NCBI GenBank assembly: GCA_024679065.1
Contig: JAGIQG010000004.1
Coordinates: forward strand, 54,312,001-54,376,000
Direction of reading: 5' to 3'
DNA from: Sphyrna mokarran
Lineage: Eukaryota
DNA length: 64,000 nucleotides
In this document: positions 52,060 to 64,000 of the stretch, piece by piece
Numbering within the stretch: position 1 is the first letter of the stretch
How the letters are laid out: each line of letters begins with the position of its first letter
Notes under the pieces: generated by a model
Told to the model about the DNA's origin: nothing
Seen by the model: the letters and a program-made list of their open reading frames with translations, nothing else
Database searches by the model: none
Program-made: the position numbers and the translations under genes

Positions 52060-53750
52060 ATGTTCTAACCAATGAAACCAAGCATGCTGAATGCCTACAT
52101 CAGCAGTCTGTCCACCTGTGGCTCCACTTTCTAGAAGCTATATACCTGTTCTCCTCGATCCCTTTGTCCCGTAACTCTCCCCAATGCCCTACCACAGCTG
52201 AGGTAGTTATGCCTTGATTTGATCTATCAAAATGCATCAGCTCACATTTATCTAAATTATGTTCCATCCTGCCATACATCAGCCACTAGTGTAACTGATC
52301 AAGTTCCTGTTGCGATCCCAGATAATCTTCTCACTGTGCCACTATGCCACCAATCCTAGTGTCATCTACAAACTTACTATCCATGCCTCTTAAATTCTCA
52401 TCCAAATCATTAATATAAATGATAAATTATAGTGGACCCAGCACTGATCCCTAAGGCACACCACTGATCACAGACCTTCAGTTTGAAAAACAACCCTCTA
52501 CAGCCACTGCCTATCTTTTGTCATCCAGCTAATTTTGTATCCAGTTGGCTATCTTATCCTGAATCCCATGAGATTTAACGTTATGCAATAACCTACCATG
52601 CGGTACCTTATCAAAGTCCATGTATTCGACATAAACTGCACTGTCCTCATCTACATTCTTGGTTATCTCTTCACAACACTCAATCAAATTCACGAGACAT
52701 GATTTTCCACTCACAGAGCCATGCTTGCTGTCCCTAATCAGTCCTTGCCTTTCTAAATGCCTGCAGGTCCTATCCCTCAGAATACCTTTTGACAACTTAC
52801 TTATTACACTTGTTTGGCTCACCTGTTTGTGGCTCCCTGCAGCTCTTCTTAAAGAAAGGTACAATATTTGCCACCTTCAATCTTCAAGCACCTCACCCAT
52901 GGCAGTCGATGATCCAAATATCTCTCCTATAAACCTGCAACTCTCTCTCTAGCCTTCTCCCGGAATATATTTCATCGGGTCACAGGGATTTATCTACCCT
53001 GATGTGCTTTAATATTCCTCTTTCTCTGAAATACATATAATCCTCAGGCCATCACTACTTATTTCTCCAAATTTCTTAAAATCCATTCCTTTCTCAACTT
53101 ATAATTTAAGTTAAGAAAAATATTAATTTAAGATCTCACCCATCTCTTGTGCATCTGCACACAGATGACTTTTTTGATTGTTAAGAGGTCCTGCTCTCTT
53201 AGTTAGTCTTTTGCCCTTTGTGCATTTATTTATAGAAGCTCTTTGGATTCTGCTTTGCCTCATTGGCTAAGCAACTTCATGTCCCCTTTTTTTGCCCTCT
53301 TGACTTCTCTCTCAATTCTACCTCTACACCCTCTATCCTTCAAGAGATCCAATTGGTCTCAGCTATCTATGCATGTCATATGCCCTCTTGGTCTTATTGA
53401 CCAGGGCCTCCATATCCCAAGTCACCCACGGTTCTCTTCTTCTACCAGCCTTGCCCCTCACTCTAAGAGAACATGTTTACCCTGAACTCTGGTTAACACA
53501 GTTTTGAAAGCCTTCCACTTACCAGCTATGCCTGCCAACAGACTCCCACAATCAACATTCTATCTAATCCTACCTAATGTCATGGAAATTGACCTTGCTC
53601 TAATTTAGCATTTTAAATTTTGGGCGAAATCTACTACTCTCCTTAGTTATGTTAAAATTAATATAATTAGTACCAAAGTGATCCCTCATTAACTGTCACC
53701 TGCCTTCCCTTATTTCCCAAGAGGAGGTCACATTTTGCTCCCTCTCCAGT
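52060..53750 (-). mobile_element. Degenerate CR1 fragment
   Basis: HLERQGLIRDSKHG...KSCLVNLIE...YMDFDKVPHGRLL. Confidence 0.8.
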
Positions 53751-53947
53751 TTTCCTTCCTGCTAATATGCCTTTGGCTGGTTGCATTATTCTTTTTGGTT
53801 AGATCTTTTGGAAAATCTTTAGTACACATTTCTAATTCAAACACATACATATAAATATAAGAGGTGTAATTTCCTCTATTTTTCCAGGTCTGGTGGTGTT
53901 ATGATAATGCCACCGTAATCTCTTTTGTGATTTTGGCTAATACTATG

Positions 53948-54265
53948 GGGGTGGCATGATGACACAGTGGTTCGCGTTGCTGCTCCACAGTGCCAGGAAC
54001 CTGGGTTCAAATCCAGCCCTGGATCACTGTTGGTGTGGTGTTTGCACATTTCCCTGTGTCTGTGTGACTTTCCTCCGAGTGCTCCGGTTTACTCCAAAGC
54101 CTAAAGATGTGCGGGTTAGGTTAATTGGCCATGCTAAATTGTCCCTTACTTAGTTCGAGGGATTAGCAGAGTAAAGATGTGGGATTATGGAGATCGATAG
54201 GATTGTGTCAGTGCAGGCTCAATGGGCCAAATAGTCTTCTCCTCCATCGTACAGATTCTATGACA
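53948..54265 (+). mobile_element. HE1/V-SINE-type SINE
   Basis: acacagtggtt A box, gggttcaaatcc B box, core and tail. Confidence 0.8.
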
Positions 54266-54764
54266 AAGTGTTCTGATTGAGAGGTTAACTTATTGTTTCT
54301 TTTGACAGATAATGATTTGCACATTGAGCATTTCCAGTATGTTCTCTTTTACATTACATACAATTGCACTGAGTCTATAGCACAGACGATTCGGCTCAAT
54401 TGACATATGCTGGCATTTATGCATCTCTCCCTCTCTTTATTTATCCCGACCAACATCTTTCCTTCTGCCTCATCTGCGTTTCAGGCTTCTCTCTTCAGTG
54501 GACCATTCCACTGAATGATCCCTATATTTAGTGTGCTCGATATTCTTACCACTTACGATGTATAGAAGCTTCTCATGAATTCTCGATTTGATATATTTAT
54601 ATCTGTTGTATGTTTCTATCCTCAAGTTTCGGATTCCCTCGTTTGTGGGCTCATTTTCTCTACATCAAACCTATTAACGCTGTTCATAATTTCAATGACC
54701 TCGATCGGGTCTCCCTTCAGCTTCCATTTTTTCACTAATTTACAATGATTCGAATGTTATCCAT

Positions 54765-55120
54765 TATTCACTTAGCAACACTCACTCCTGCCTGAGAAAG
54801 TTGTGGTTTCAAGCCGTACTCCGCGATCTGGCCACCAAGAATTTAAATTGACATACCAGTGCAGTACTGAGCGAGTGCTGCATTGTCGGAGGTGCTGTCT
54901 CCACAAGTCGACGTTCAACCTCGGCCCCAGCTACCTTCGTGAGTATTCATTAAATATGTCATGCCACTAGTTTGGTGAAGAGCAGAAGGGTTATCCCCAG
55001 TGTCCTGATCAACTTCATCACTCAATCAACATCTCAAAAAATAAGGTTTTGGGGCGTTTGTTGTGTACATGTTTCCTTATCACGGCAGTGGCCACACTTC
55101 AGAATTTGTCTGCAAACGGC
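54765..55120 (+). mobile_element. Deu-domain SINE (SacSINE1-like)
   Basis: ccagtgcagtactgagcgagtgctgcattgtcggaggtgc core recognised from memory as the Deu domain, preceded by a tRNA-like ggtttcaagcc box. Confidence 0.55.
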
Positions 55121-55241
55121 TATGCCAAATTTGGATTAAAAAAATTACGAATCCCTTCCAGTAATTGAGACCGTTGGTATTTTACTCGTCAATAACTGAA
55201 GAAAAATATCTAGCAGCTCTTTCTAGCGAAATCTTACGTAC

Positions 55242-55355
55242 CTTAACAAAACAATTCTTTTCCCAAGAACAGGGAACATCCTGCAAGTGTCTTCGCAACA
55301 CTGCTAACCCAGATTAACCAGAGGAGGTCGCTGTTTCCCGAAAATTGTTGCTGGG
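55242..55355 (-). CDS. Candidate activating-type TM exon with intramembrane Lys and immediate stop
   Basis: Acceptor attcctccag|, phase 1; QQQFSGNSDLLWLIWVSSVAKTLAGCSLFLGKELFC*, followed by donor G|GTACGT. Confidence 0.5.
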
Positions 55356-55542
55356 CTGGAGGAATAATTGTCGGAATTATGCACCGGATGTTGCTCCGGA
55401 ATATCTCATTATTCTCAATGTGTAAATTGTAGTCCAAATGCTCACCTTCAAATAACTTTCATTTTAATGTGAATTTGCACTCCTATTGTAAAGATTTGAA
55501 TTGAAAAGCGATGTGCGCGCTGGCCATGAACGTGTGTCTTGC

Positions 55543-55660
55543 CTTTGGCACTTGACAGCTTGAAATACTGCCCAAGGATGACTATCAGCACCATTATTAC
55601 CAATAGACTCACTCAATACCGAGCGCTATTAGAGGACAATGACATTGGGAGCGCCGCAAA
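55543..55660 (-). pseudogene. Neutral TM exon relic, paralogous to 29297-29395
   Basis: CPLIALGI [1-nt gap] VSLLVIMVLIVILGQYFKLSSAK, with donor AAG|GCAAGA; aligns with [29 protein letters not shown]. Confidence 0.6.
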
Positions 55661-55875
55661 CTAAGAACAGCGGAGACATAAGACCGTTAATATTATTACA
55701 TCCAGCAAGAATACCAGGAATACACTGGATCAGAACTTATCAGTGTAGTGACCATTTAATATAAATACAGATTTTTAAAAAATCAAATTACTGCCTGTTG
55801 AAACAGTTCACATTCGGACGAATACTTCATCAATGTAATTAAAGAATACAACAAATTGAAATGCTAATAAGTTAC

Positions 55876-56140
55876 TGGATTATGCAACAGGACAAATCAA
55901 CAAGAGTTTCCGAAAAAGAAGAGAACATTTGTAATTTACAAATTCGAATCTGAACACAAAGAGCAGCCAGTTCTGCGGGTGAATGCCGCGTCTTTATATA
56001 TTCCGACTGTCCTTTGCTATTTAGAAGTAATGACCCCAGGTCCAATTTTCATGCTGTTTTTCCAGGAAAGTCGCTGGGGAGGATGGTCAGAATTTATACT
56101 CCATCGAGTCAATCCTCGGATGAATGGGACGAATTTGGGA
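55876..56140 (-). pseudogene. IgC1 exon relic
   Basis: Frameshifted pieces MEYK (vs FECK), LSWKNSMKIGPGVITSK*QRTVGIY (vs [26 protein letters not shown]) and VNYKC (vs VVYTC). Confidence 0.5.
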
Positions 56141-57534
56141 GGGAAGGAAAATGATTTTGTTTTTTAAATATTGATTACTATTTTATTTCAGCAGCTTATA
56201 ATTTAGCACACATGTTTAGGACAGAACTTTTAACATCGTGCTTCATTGGAGCTTTTTAAATTTCTTCGTTTTCCAACATTATTTATCATGGAGCTAGAAA
56301 TTATATGGACCCCTGAACAGAGAAAGAGAAGTAACAGACATAACTATGTACAGTTATGCTATAGAACATAGAGAGAAGTCATTCGGCCATGTTGCCTGTG
56401 TTGGTTCTTTGAAAGAATTATATAATTGGTCTCACCATTTGTCTTTCTCCAAAGCTCTGGATTTTTAAATTTTTAAGCATGTATCCTATTCCCACTAATA
56501 AAATTATTATTGCGTCTTTCAGATAGGGAAGTCCGGATCGTAGCATTTTAGCTCGGAAAACATTTTTTTCCCTTCCGATCTTTCTCTTATGACCATTTTC
56601 TTGAATTGGTCCTTTGGTTACTGAATCATAGTTTATGCTGTTACAGAATCTGATGACCATACAGCGTAGGAATCCAGTTATTCAGTGTGCTAGTTTGATT
56701 CTGCAGATGTAATCCAGTTTGTCTAATTGACCTATTTATTCATTTACCTTTAAAAAATATGGGTAATCTTTTACAATCACAAGTTGTAAATTTAAATAGA
56801 TGTTTGTAAGTCGGTAATCTTACTACGAAGCTGGCTGGATAATGATACTAGATGCAAAACTCTATGCAGTTGTCTCATTCTTACACTTTTCACTAACTCG
56901 TTGATATTTTACCAAACCTTTGGGTTTTGCTTAATAAGAGGCAAGTGACATTTGCACCAATCTCGTGCAAGGCAATAATTATTTCCAAACCGAGAGAATC
57001 TACCCATCATTCCTGAGTTTCAAGGGATAGCATAATATCCCTCTCCCCCTGCCTCTAGCACAAAAGCAACCTCCAACTCTAACTATTGTGAATTGCTATT
57101 GACAAAAAAACAAATTGACTCAGCCTTGCAAATATTGCCGTTACGTGAACAGATGAGAGCTTGGAATTCTGTGGCAAGTTACTCACCACCTGAAGTCCCA
57201 AATTCTTTGTATTATCAACTTAATTGTATGATGGAGATTGGCTGAATGAATGTGGTTCCAGAAGCTGAACACTATCAAGGACAAAGCTATGCATTTGATT
57301 GGCACTCCATCCATCACTTGACACATCACTTCCTCTACCATTTGTCCTAAGAGCAAAAACATCCACACAATGCAATGGGACAACTCACTGAGTTTGCACG
57401 GACGTCAAGATCAATTCCAAAATCTTTACCTTGACCACCTGGAGAACAAGAGCAGAAGATGCATGGGAATTCCAAACCTGTACGTTCCTTTGAGTGACAC
57501 AACATCTTGACCTGAGACCATATCACCATTCCAT

Positions 57535-58505
57535 CGCTGTCTCTGGGCTAAACTCCTGGAACACCCCGGAACACTCTTCAGGTGTTCATCATATGGACTG
57601 CAATGATTTAAGAAACAGCTCACTATCATCTTCTCAAGCGAAATTAGGGATGGATAATTAATGCCTGTTTTGCCATATCACTTGAACCAATAAAATATGT
57701 GATGCAATCAATAGAACATTTCCTGTTTTACTTTCAGATTTCCAATATTTATATCATATTATAACTTAAAAGTGCTCCTTAAGAGGTTCTCCCTTGTGGA
57801 GGAGTTATTATTGGAACGGAAAACAGTAAGTTTGAAGGGCAAAAGTGCTTAAATGGCAAATTGGTTGTAAGGGGCTTATTAAATGGGCAATATGTTTGGA
57901 ACATCATTTGTGACCAAAAATGAAAATGTCCTTTCTTAAAAAAACTATCTGTACTGTAGCTTGTAAGATAACAATCACTCTTTCTTTACAGCCAGCTGTA
58001 CCTGCACATATACTTTCAATTATGCCGTCTCTGTCCCTGGCTAAACTCCTGAAACACCCTTCAGGTGTTCCTTCATCATATGGATTGCAATGATTTAAGA
58101 AACAACTCACTATCATCTTCTCAAGGGAAATTAGGGATGGATAATTAATGCCTGTTTTGCCATATCCCTTGAACCGGTAAAAGATGTGAGGCAACCTGAA
58201 CATTTCCTGTTTTGCTTTCAGATTTCCAGTATCCACATTAAGTTATAACTCAAAAATGATCCCTGAGTTGTTGTCCTTTGTAGAGGAATTGTTATTGGGA
58301 TGGAAAACAGCAAGTTGGAGGAGCAAAACTGCTTAAATGGCAAATTGGTTGTAAGGGGCTTATTAAATGGGCAATATGTTTGGAACATCATTTGTGACCA
58401 AAAATGAAAATGTCCTTTCTTAAAAAAACTATCTGTACTGCAGCTTGTAAGATAACAATCACTCTTTCTTTACAGCCAGCTGCACCTGCACATATATTTT
58501 CAATG
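57535..58505. repeat. Local tandem duplication, period 484 bp
   Basis: tatgtttggaacatcatttgtgacc at 57891 and 58375; ggctaaactcctg at ~57547 and ~58039. Confidence 0.9.
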
Positions 58506-61500
58506 ATTGATATATGAGAACAGCAAAGTCTCGAGTATCCACTCAACGACACCCATTTGATTATTAATCTGAATTCCAAAGTGGATAACCTCATTTTTAT
58601 TCACACTATATTGCATCTATCATGCAATGCCCATAAACTCAATGTGTCCAAATCACATGGAAACATCTCTGCATGCTCTACACAGCTCACCTTCCCACCC
58701 AACTTTGTGTAATCTACAAATATTGGGCTGATATTAGCTATCCTCCAATTTATAGGAACCAGTGCAGAGTCCAAAGAATTTTGGAAAAAAAACACCAATG
58801 GATATACTATTTCCATGAATAATTCCTTAAGCATATGGAGATGAAGATAATCAGGCCCTGAAAATTTATCCACCTTCAATTCCATCAATTTTTCCAAAGC
58901 CATTTCTCTACGATTGCTCATTTCCTTCAATTCCGTACTGAAACTTACTTCTCTCATGAGTTCTGCTACATTATTCGTGTTTTCCTTTGTGGAGATTGAA
59001 GAAAAGTATTAATTCCTTGACTACTTCTTTGTTCCTGTTATGAATTCCTCTGATTCTGACTGTAAGGGGCCTACATTCGTTTTTACAATTTTTTTCTCTC
59101 TCCATGTAACTGTAGAAACGTTTACGGTCAGTTTTTATGTTCCTCACTAGCTTACTTCCATAGTCTATTTTCCCCTCGTTAATTAATCCCTTGGTCTTGT
59201 TTGGCTGAATTTTAAACTGCATGCAATTGACAGGCCTATTGCTTTTTCTTGTCAATTTGTATGCTTCTTTCTTGAACCTAATATTATCTCTAATTTCCCT
59301 TGTAAGCCATGGTTTGGCCGCAGTTCCCTTACCCACTCTTATGCCAGATCGGAATAAACAGCTTCTGGGGTTCACCTATTCCTTTCTTAAATGCCTGCCA
59401 TTGTCTACCCACTGTCTTTCTTTTCAGTAAAGTCTCCCAGTCCATCATGGAATGTGGCATGAAGGCACAGAGTGTAACAATATAACGGCATACCAGCAGA
59501 TGGGAGCAAAGTAGGAAACATGGTACAAGGACACACTTTGATTCAATTGTGGTTTCCAAAGGAGAATTGGACAATCATCAGGTGAGAGGAAATGTAGGGC
59601 TGTGAGGACGAGGAGAGTTGCCATTGCAAACAGCTGGCACGGACATGACAGGCAACAGGCTCTTTTTTATGCTGCAAATATTTTATTAGATGACTCTAAG
59701 TGAACTTTATCTGAATGCATGCAAGATTCATTTCAAGGTAGATGAAGTGACAGCACAAGTAGAAACAAATTGATATTTCATGTTGTTTTTGTAGAAACAT
59801 AGACTGAGATTCTTCTATTGCAGCCCACAACTTTTCTGTTAGGTTGCAGTGAGAGATGCGTGGCATCGTCATTGAACAGGGATTTGCACATGCACCAGGA
59901 ACGCATGCACATCTCCCAGAGCCGGTGAACAGTCACTGATCAGACCATGCTGGAAGCTGACGGGAAGGCAGTTAAATAATTTAAATCTTTTTTCATTATG
60001 TTTAAATATATTTATTAATTCATTATCAGGACTTTCAGGTCCTGATTGAATCTCAAATTACACCAGGAATACTTCATTCTGGAGGCGTTCAGACCAACGT
60101 CCATGTTCAGGGATCTAGTGGGAGACACTGCTGCAATGAAGTGTGGGGGGTGGCCCCTGGGGCTCCCCAGTGGGTTGGACGGTATTGGGGTGGTGTCCCC
60201 CGGGCATGGGCACACTGGCAGTACCAGCATGCTGCCATGGGGTACCTTGGCACTGCTAGTTGGGCATCGGCGAGTGCTAATGAGGATGGCTTATTGTGGG
60301 AAGGGCTCGGGGTGATCATTGGAGGGTAGTTGTCTATATCCCACAATACAGACAGTATCAGTCTGGAATGGAGGGGGGGGGCAATGATTGGGTATGCTGG
60401 AGGAGGATGCCAGTGGGAAGGTTTCCTGAGGGGTGGGGTGCATTGGTGGGGAACGGGGTGTGGGGTATGCCAAGGGGAGGGGGCTGAGGGGATCACCACT
60501 GTTTTGGAGGGGGCTGGTTGGTGAATCAGCGCACTCCAGGATCGGGGGGTGGGATAGGGGGTGGTCAGGGCCAGCCCTAGAATTGTCGCAAGACCACGAT
60601 CGGGCTATGGGTGCCAGGAGGGACAGCGCAGGGCTGGCTAGTGATCGGGCTTTCCAGCAAATGGGCTGTCTGACAGATTGGGCCAACTTTGTATGTGCAG
60701 AATTCCAGAATGGTCAACCTTTGGAATAAATAGGGCCCCGCCCACCCCGTGGTTTTTAATGAGATTCATGACTGGATCTTCTGCGGAGCACAAGAGTGCA
60801 GAGATTCCAGTGAGAAAGTGAACTGACAAAACTGTTAGGATCTTCCCACAGTCCAAATATGGGCAGCTTAGTTTGATCAACCATACTAAATTCACTTCAT
60901 TGACAGGATAAATACATGGAGTTATTGGGATAGGGCATGGGTGAAACTGTTGTCAGTGCAGGCAGAATGGTTGAAAGGCTTCCATCTGAACTGTGGGGAT
61001 TCTGTGATATTCAAAAAAAGAGGGAGATGGAGAGCAGAAAATCATGAACCAATTGGCTGAGCACTTGTAATTGGAATAATGCTGGAATGCATCAATAAAG
61101 AAGTAGTAGTAATAGTAGAGCATTCATAAACTCATGGTACAACCCAGCAGAAACACTATTTTATGAAAGATACTTTTTGACAAACTTTGAGGTGTAACAA
61201 GAAGATCGGATAAATGGGAACTAATTGATGGAGTGCATTTGGAATTCCAAAAAGGATTCGATAAGTTGGCACTTCAAAAATTACTGTACAAGAGCTTAAA
61301 GTCTTGATGTTAGTTCATTAACATGGATAGAGGATAGACTAACAGGAAATAGAAAGTATGAATAAACCAGAAATATTAAGGCTGGAAGTGAAGTAACTGA
61401 ATGCCAGTCGTATTGTTGCTGGGGCCTCAAATCTTTGCTCTCTGTATTAATTAAATATTTTGTCGCTAATTTTGCTGATAATATAAAAATAGAAAGAGAA

Positions 61501-62315
61501 ACAATCGTGAAGAGAACATGAAAAGAGTCTGCAAAATTGTACAACACTTTAGATGATTGGCTAAAATTTGATAGATATAATATAACATGAGAAAATATGA
61601 GGCTATCAACTTTGGTAGAAAGAATAAAAGAATACAGGATATTATTTACATGGTCAGAAATTACAGAGCACAGAGGGATCTGGGTAATATTATACATGAA
61701 TTACAAACTATTAATATGCAGTTAGACCAAGTGCTTGGAAATGCTTGGAATATTGCCTTTATTGCAAGGGTTGGAGTAATAAGCAGGAATGGCTACAACT
61801 GCAAGGACATTGGCGAGATAATGCTAGAAGACACCATATTTAAGGAAGATATACTCGCACTTGGCAGGTTGGAGAAGGTAAACTAGGTTGATTCCAGGGG
61901 TGAAAGGTTCTACTTAGAAAGTTCAATCCAGTTAAAGTGATTAATTAAAAACATGCAGTCTCATTTCTTTAGACATTGAATTAGTGATAATGTTATATTT
62001 TAATTTGTTTTTGTATTTAATTTGTATTTCCGTTTCTAAATTGCCAATTCTAATTCTGCATCTTTTTCAGCCCTTCACCTATTTCTCGATCTCTAAATGT
62101 CATTGCTTCACATGCAATTTGCTGTGTTATAAACCAAAGCCTCAGAAGCTCTGTTGACTTTCAATTCGTATCTACAGCATTATACAACACAAAGCTATTC
62201 AGCCATTATCAATTACCATGTCAACAGAAGTGTGCTTGCGCTATGAACAATTATGAGGCCCGATTTGCTGTTGTGAGTTTAATGAGCAATTAATCTGCAA
62301 AATGCAACAGCTTCA
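58375..62315. repeat. Segmental duplication block, copy 2
   Basis: Same sequence order as 1-3904; cut at 62316 by a CR1 insertion absent from copy 1. Confidence 0.95.
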
Positions 62316-62319
62316 AGTA

Positions 62320-64000
62320 CGTTAGAGGGGTCAGTTTTTGTTCAATGTGTGCAGGAAGGTTTCATGACTCAGTATGTAGATAGGCCAACAAGAGGCGAGG
62401 CTATATTGGATTTGGTACTGGGTAATGAACCAGACCAGGTGTTAGACTTGGAGGTGGGTGTGCACTTTGGTGATAGTGACCACAATTCGGTTACGTTTAC
62501 CTCAGTGATGGAAAGGGACGGGCACGTACTGAATAACAGTAGTTATAGCTGGGGGAAAGGTAATTATGAGGCTATTAGGAGAGATTTAGGATGCATAGGG
62601 TGGAGCAGGAAATTGCAGGGGCTGGGGACATCTGAAATGTGGATCATATTTAAGGAACAGCTTCTGCATGTCCTTAATGAATATGTACCTGCCAGGCAGG
62701 GAGGAAATGGTCGAGTGAGGGAACCATGGTGTACTAGGGAAGTTGAATCTCTGGTGAAGAGGAAGAAGGAGGCTTATATATTGATGAGACGTGAAGGCTC
62801 AGTTAGGGCAATGGAGAGCTATAAATCAGCCAGGAAGGAGCTAAAGAAGGAGTTGAGAAGAGCTAGAAGAGGACATGAGAAGACTTTGGTGGATAGGATT
62901 AAGGAGAATCCTAAAGCTTTTTACAGGTATATAAATAATAAAAGATTGGCTAGGGCAAGATTAGGGCCAGTCAGAGATAGCAGTGGGAAGTTGTGCGAGG
63001 AGCCTGAGGAGATAGGAGAGACACTGAATGAATATTTTTTGTCAGTATTCACGCAGGAGAAAGACAATGTTGTCGGGGAGAATACTGCGATACCAGGTTG
63101 TAGACTGGGCAGGATTGAGGTTCATAAGGAGGAGGTGTTAGCGAATCTTGAGGGTATGAAAATTGATAAGTCCCCTGGGCCAGATGGGATTTACCCTAGG
63201 ATTCTCTGGGAGGCTAGAGAGGAGATTGCAGAGCCTTTGGCTTTGATCTTCATGTCGTCGTTAGCTACAGGTATAGTGCCGGAAGACTGGAGGATGGCAA
63301 ATGTTGTCCCTCTTTTCAAAAAGGGAGTAGGGACCATCCTGGAAATTATAGACTGGTGAGCCTGACTTCTGTTGTGGGCAAGGTCTTGGAAAGAATTATA
63401 AGGGATAAGATTTATAAGCATCTAGAGAGGAATAAATTGATTAGGGATAGTCAGCACGGTTTTGTGAAGGGTAGGTCGTGCCTCACAAACCTTATTGAGT
63501 TTTTTGAGGAGGTGACCAAAGAGGTAGATAAGGGTAAGGCAGTTGATGTAGTGTATATGGATTTTAGCAAAGCGTTTGATAAGGTTCCCCATGGTAGGCT
63601 ACTGCAGAAAGTGCAGATGCATAGGATTGAAGGTGATTTAGCAGTTTGGATTAGGAATTGGCTAGCTGATAGAAGACAGAGGGTGATGGTTGATGGGAAA
63701 TATTCAACCTGGAGTGCAGTTACAAGTGGTGTACCTCAAGGATCTGTTTTGGGGCCACTGCTGTTTGTCATTTTTATAAATGACCTAGATGAGGGTGTAG
63801 AGGGTTGGATTAGTAAATTTGCTGACGATACCAAAGTGAGGGGAGTTGTAGACAGCGAGGATGGATGTTACAGTTTGCAGAGGGACATAGATAGGTTGCA
63901 GAGCTGGGCCGTGAGGTGGCAATTGGAATTCAATACAGATAAGTGTGAGGTGATTCACTTTGGTAGGAATAACAGGCATATGAAATATAGGGCTAATGGA
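62320..64000 (+). mobile_element. CR1 LINE, runs off the window end
   Basis: ORF 62349-63359 and downstream RT motifs ([18 protein letters not shown]). Confidence 0.95.

Overview
Eukaryotic, repeat-rich DNA. The repeat set (CR1/HER1-type LINEs, HE1/V-SINE-type and Deu-type SINEs, Rex1/Babar, Penelope) points to a cartilaginous fish (shark); this is an inference. Most ORFs in the supplied track are LINE fragments or noise. Reading the minus strand for splice sites gives a six-exon, non-rearranging immunoglobulin-superfamily receptor gene (36485->21087): leader, germline-joined VJ-type IgV, IgC1, neutral TM, short cytoplasmic exon, and a terminal exon with two ITIMs (LTYATL, VEYAEI). The exons are phase-compatible and total 939 nt (312 aa), but there is an in-frame TAG at codon 6 of the leader. 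The architecture is SIRP-like or antigen-receptor-like. Around it lie decayed paralogous parts: two colinear clusters of three ITIM-exon homologues each (21.1-23.1 kb and 10.3-11.8 kb), V and C1 relics, and at 55.2-56.1 kb a C1 relic followed by two tandem phase-1 TM exons, one neutral and one Lys-containing with an immediate stop. That pair suggests inhibitory/activating switching by TM-exon choice. A ~3.9-kb block at the window start recurs ~58.4 kb away, so the window is probably about one unit of a tandem receptor cluster evolving by birth and death. Also present: Penelope palindromes with minimal hammerhead ribozyme cores, a CR1 family with a SINE in its 3' UTR, and multi-level nested insertions. 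All alignments and translations were done by eye.
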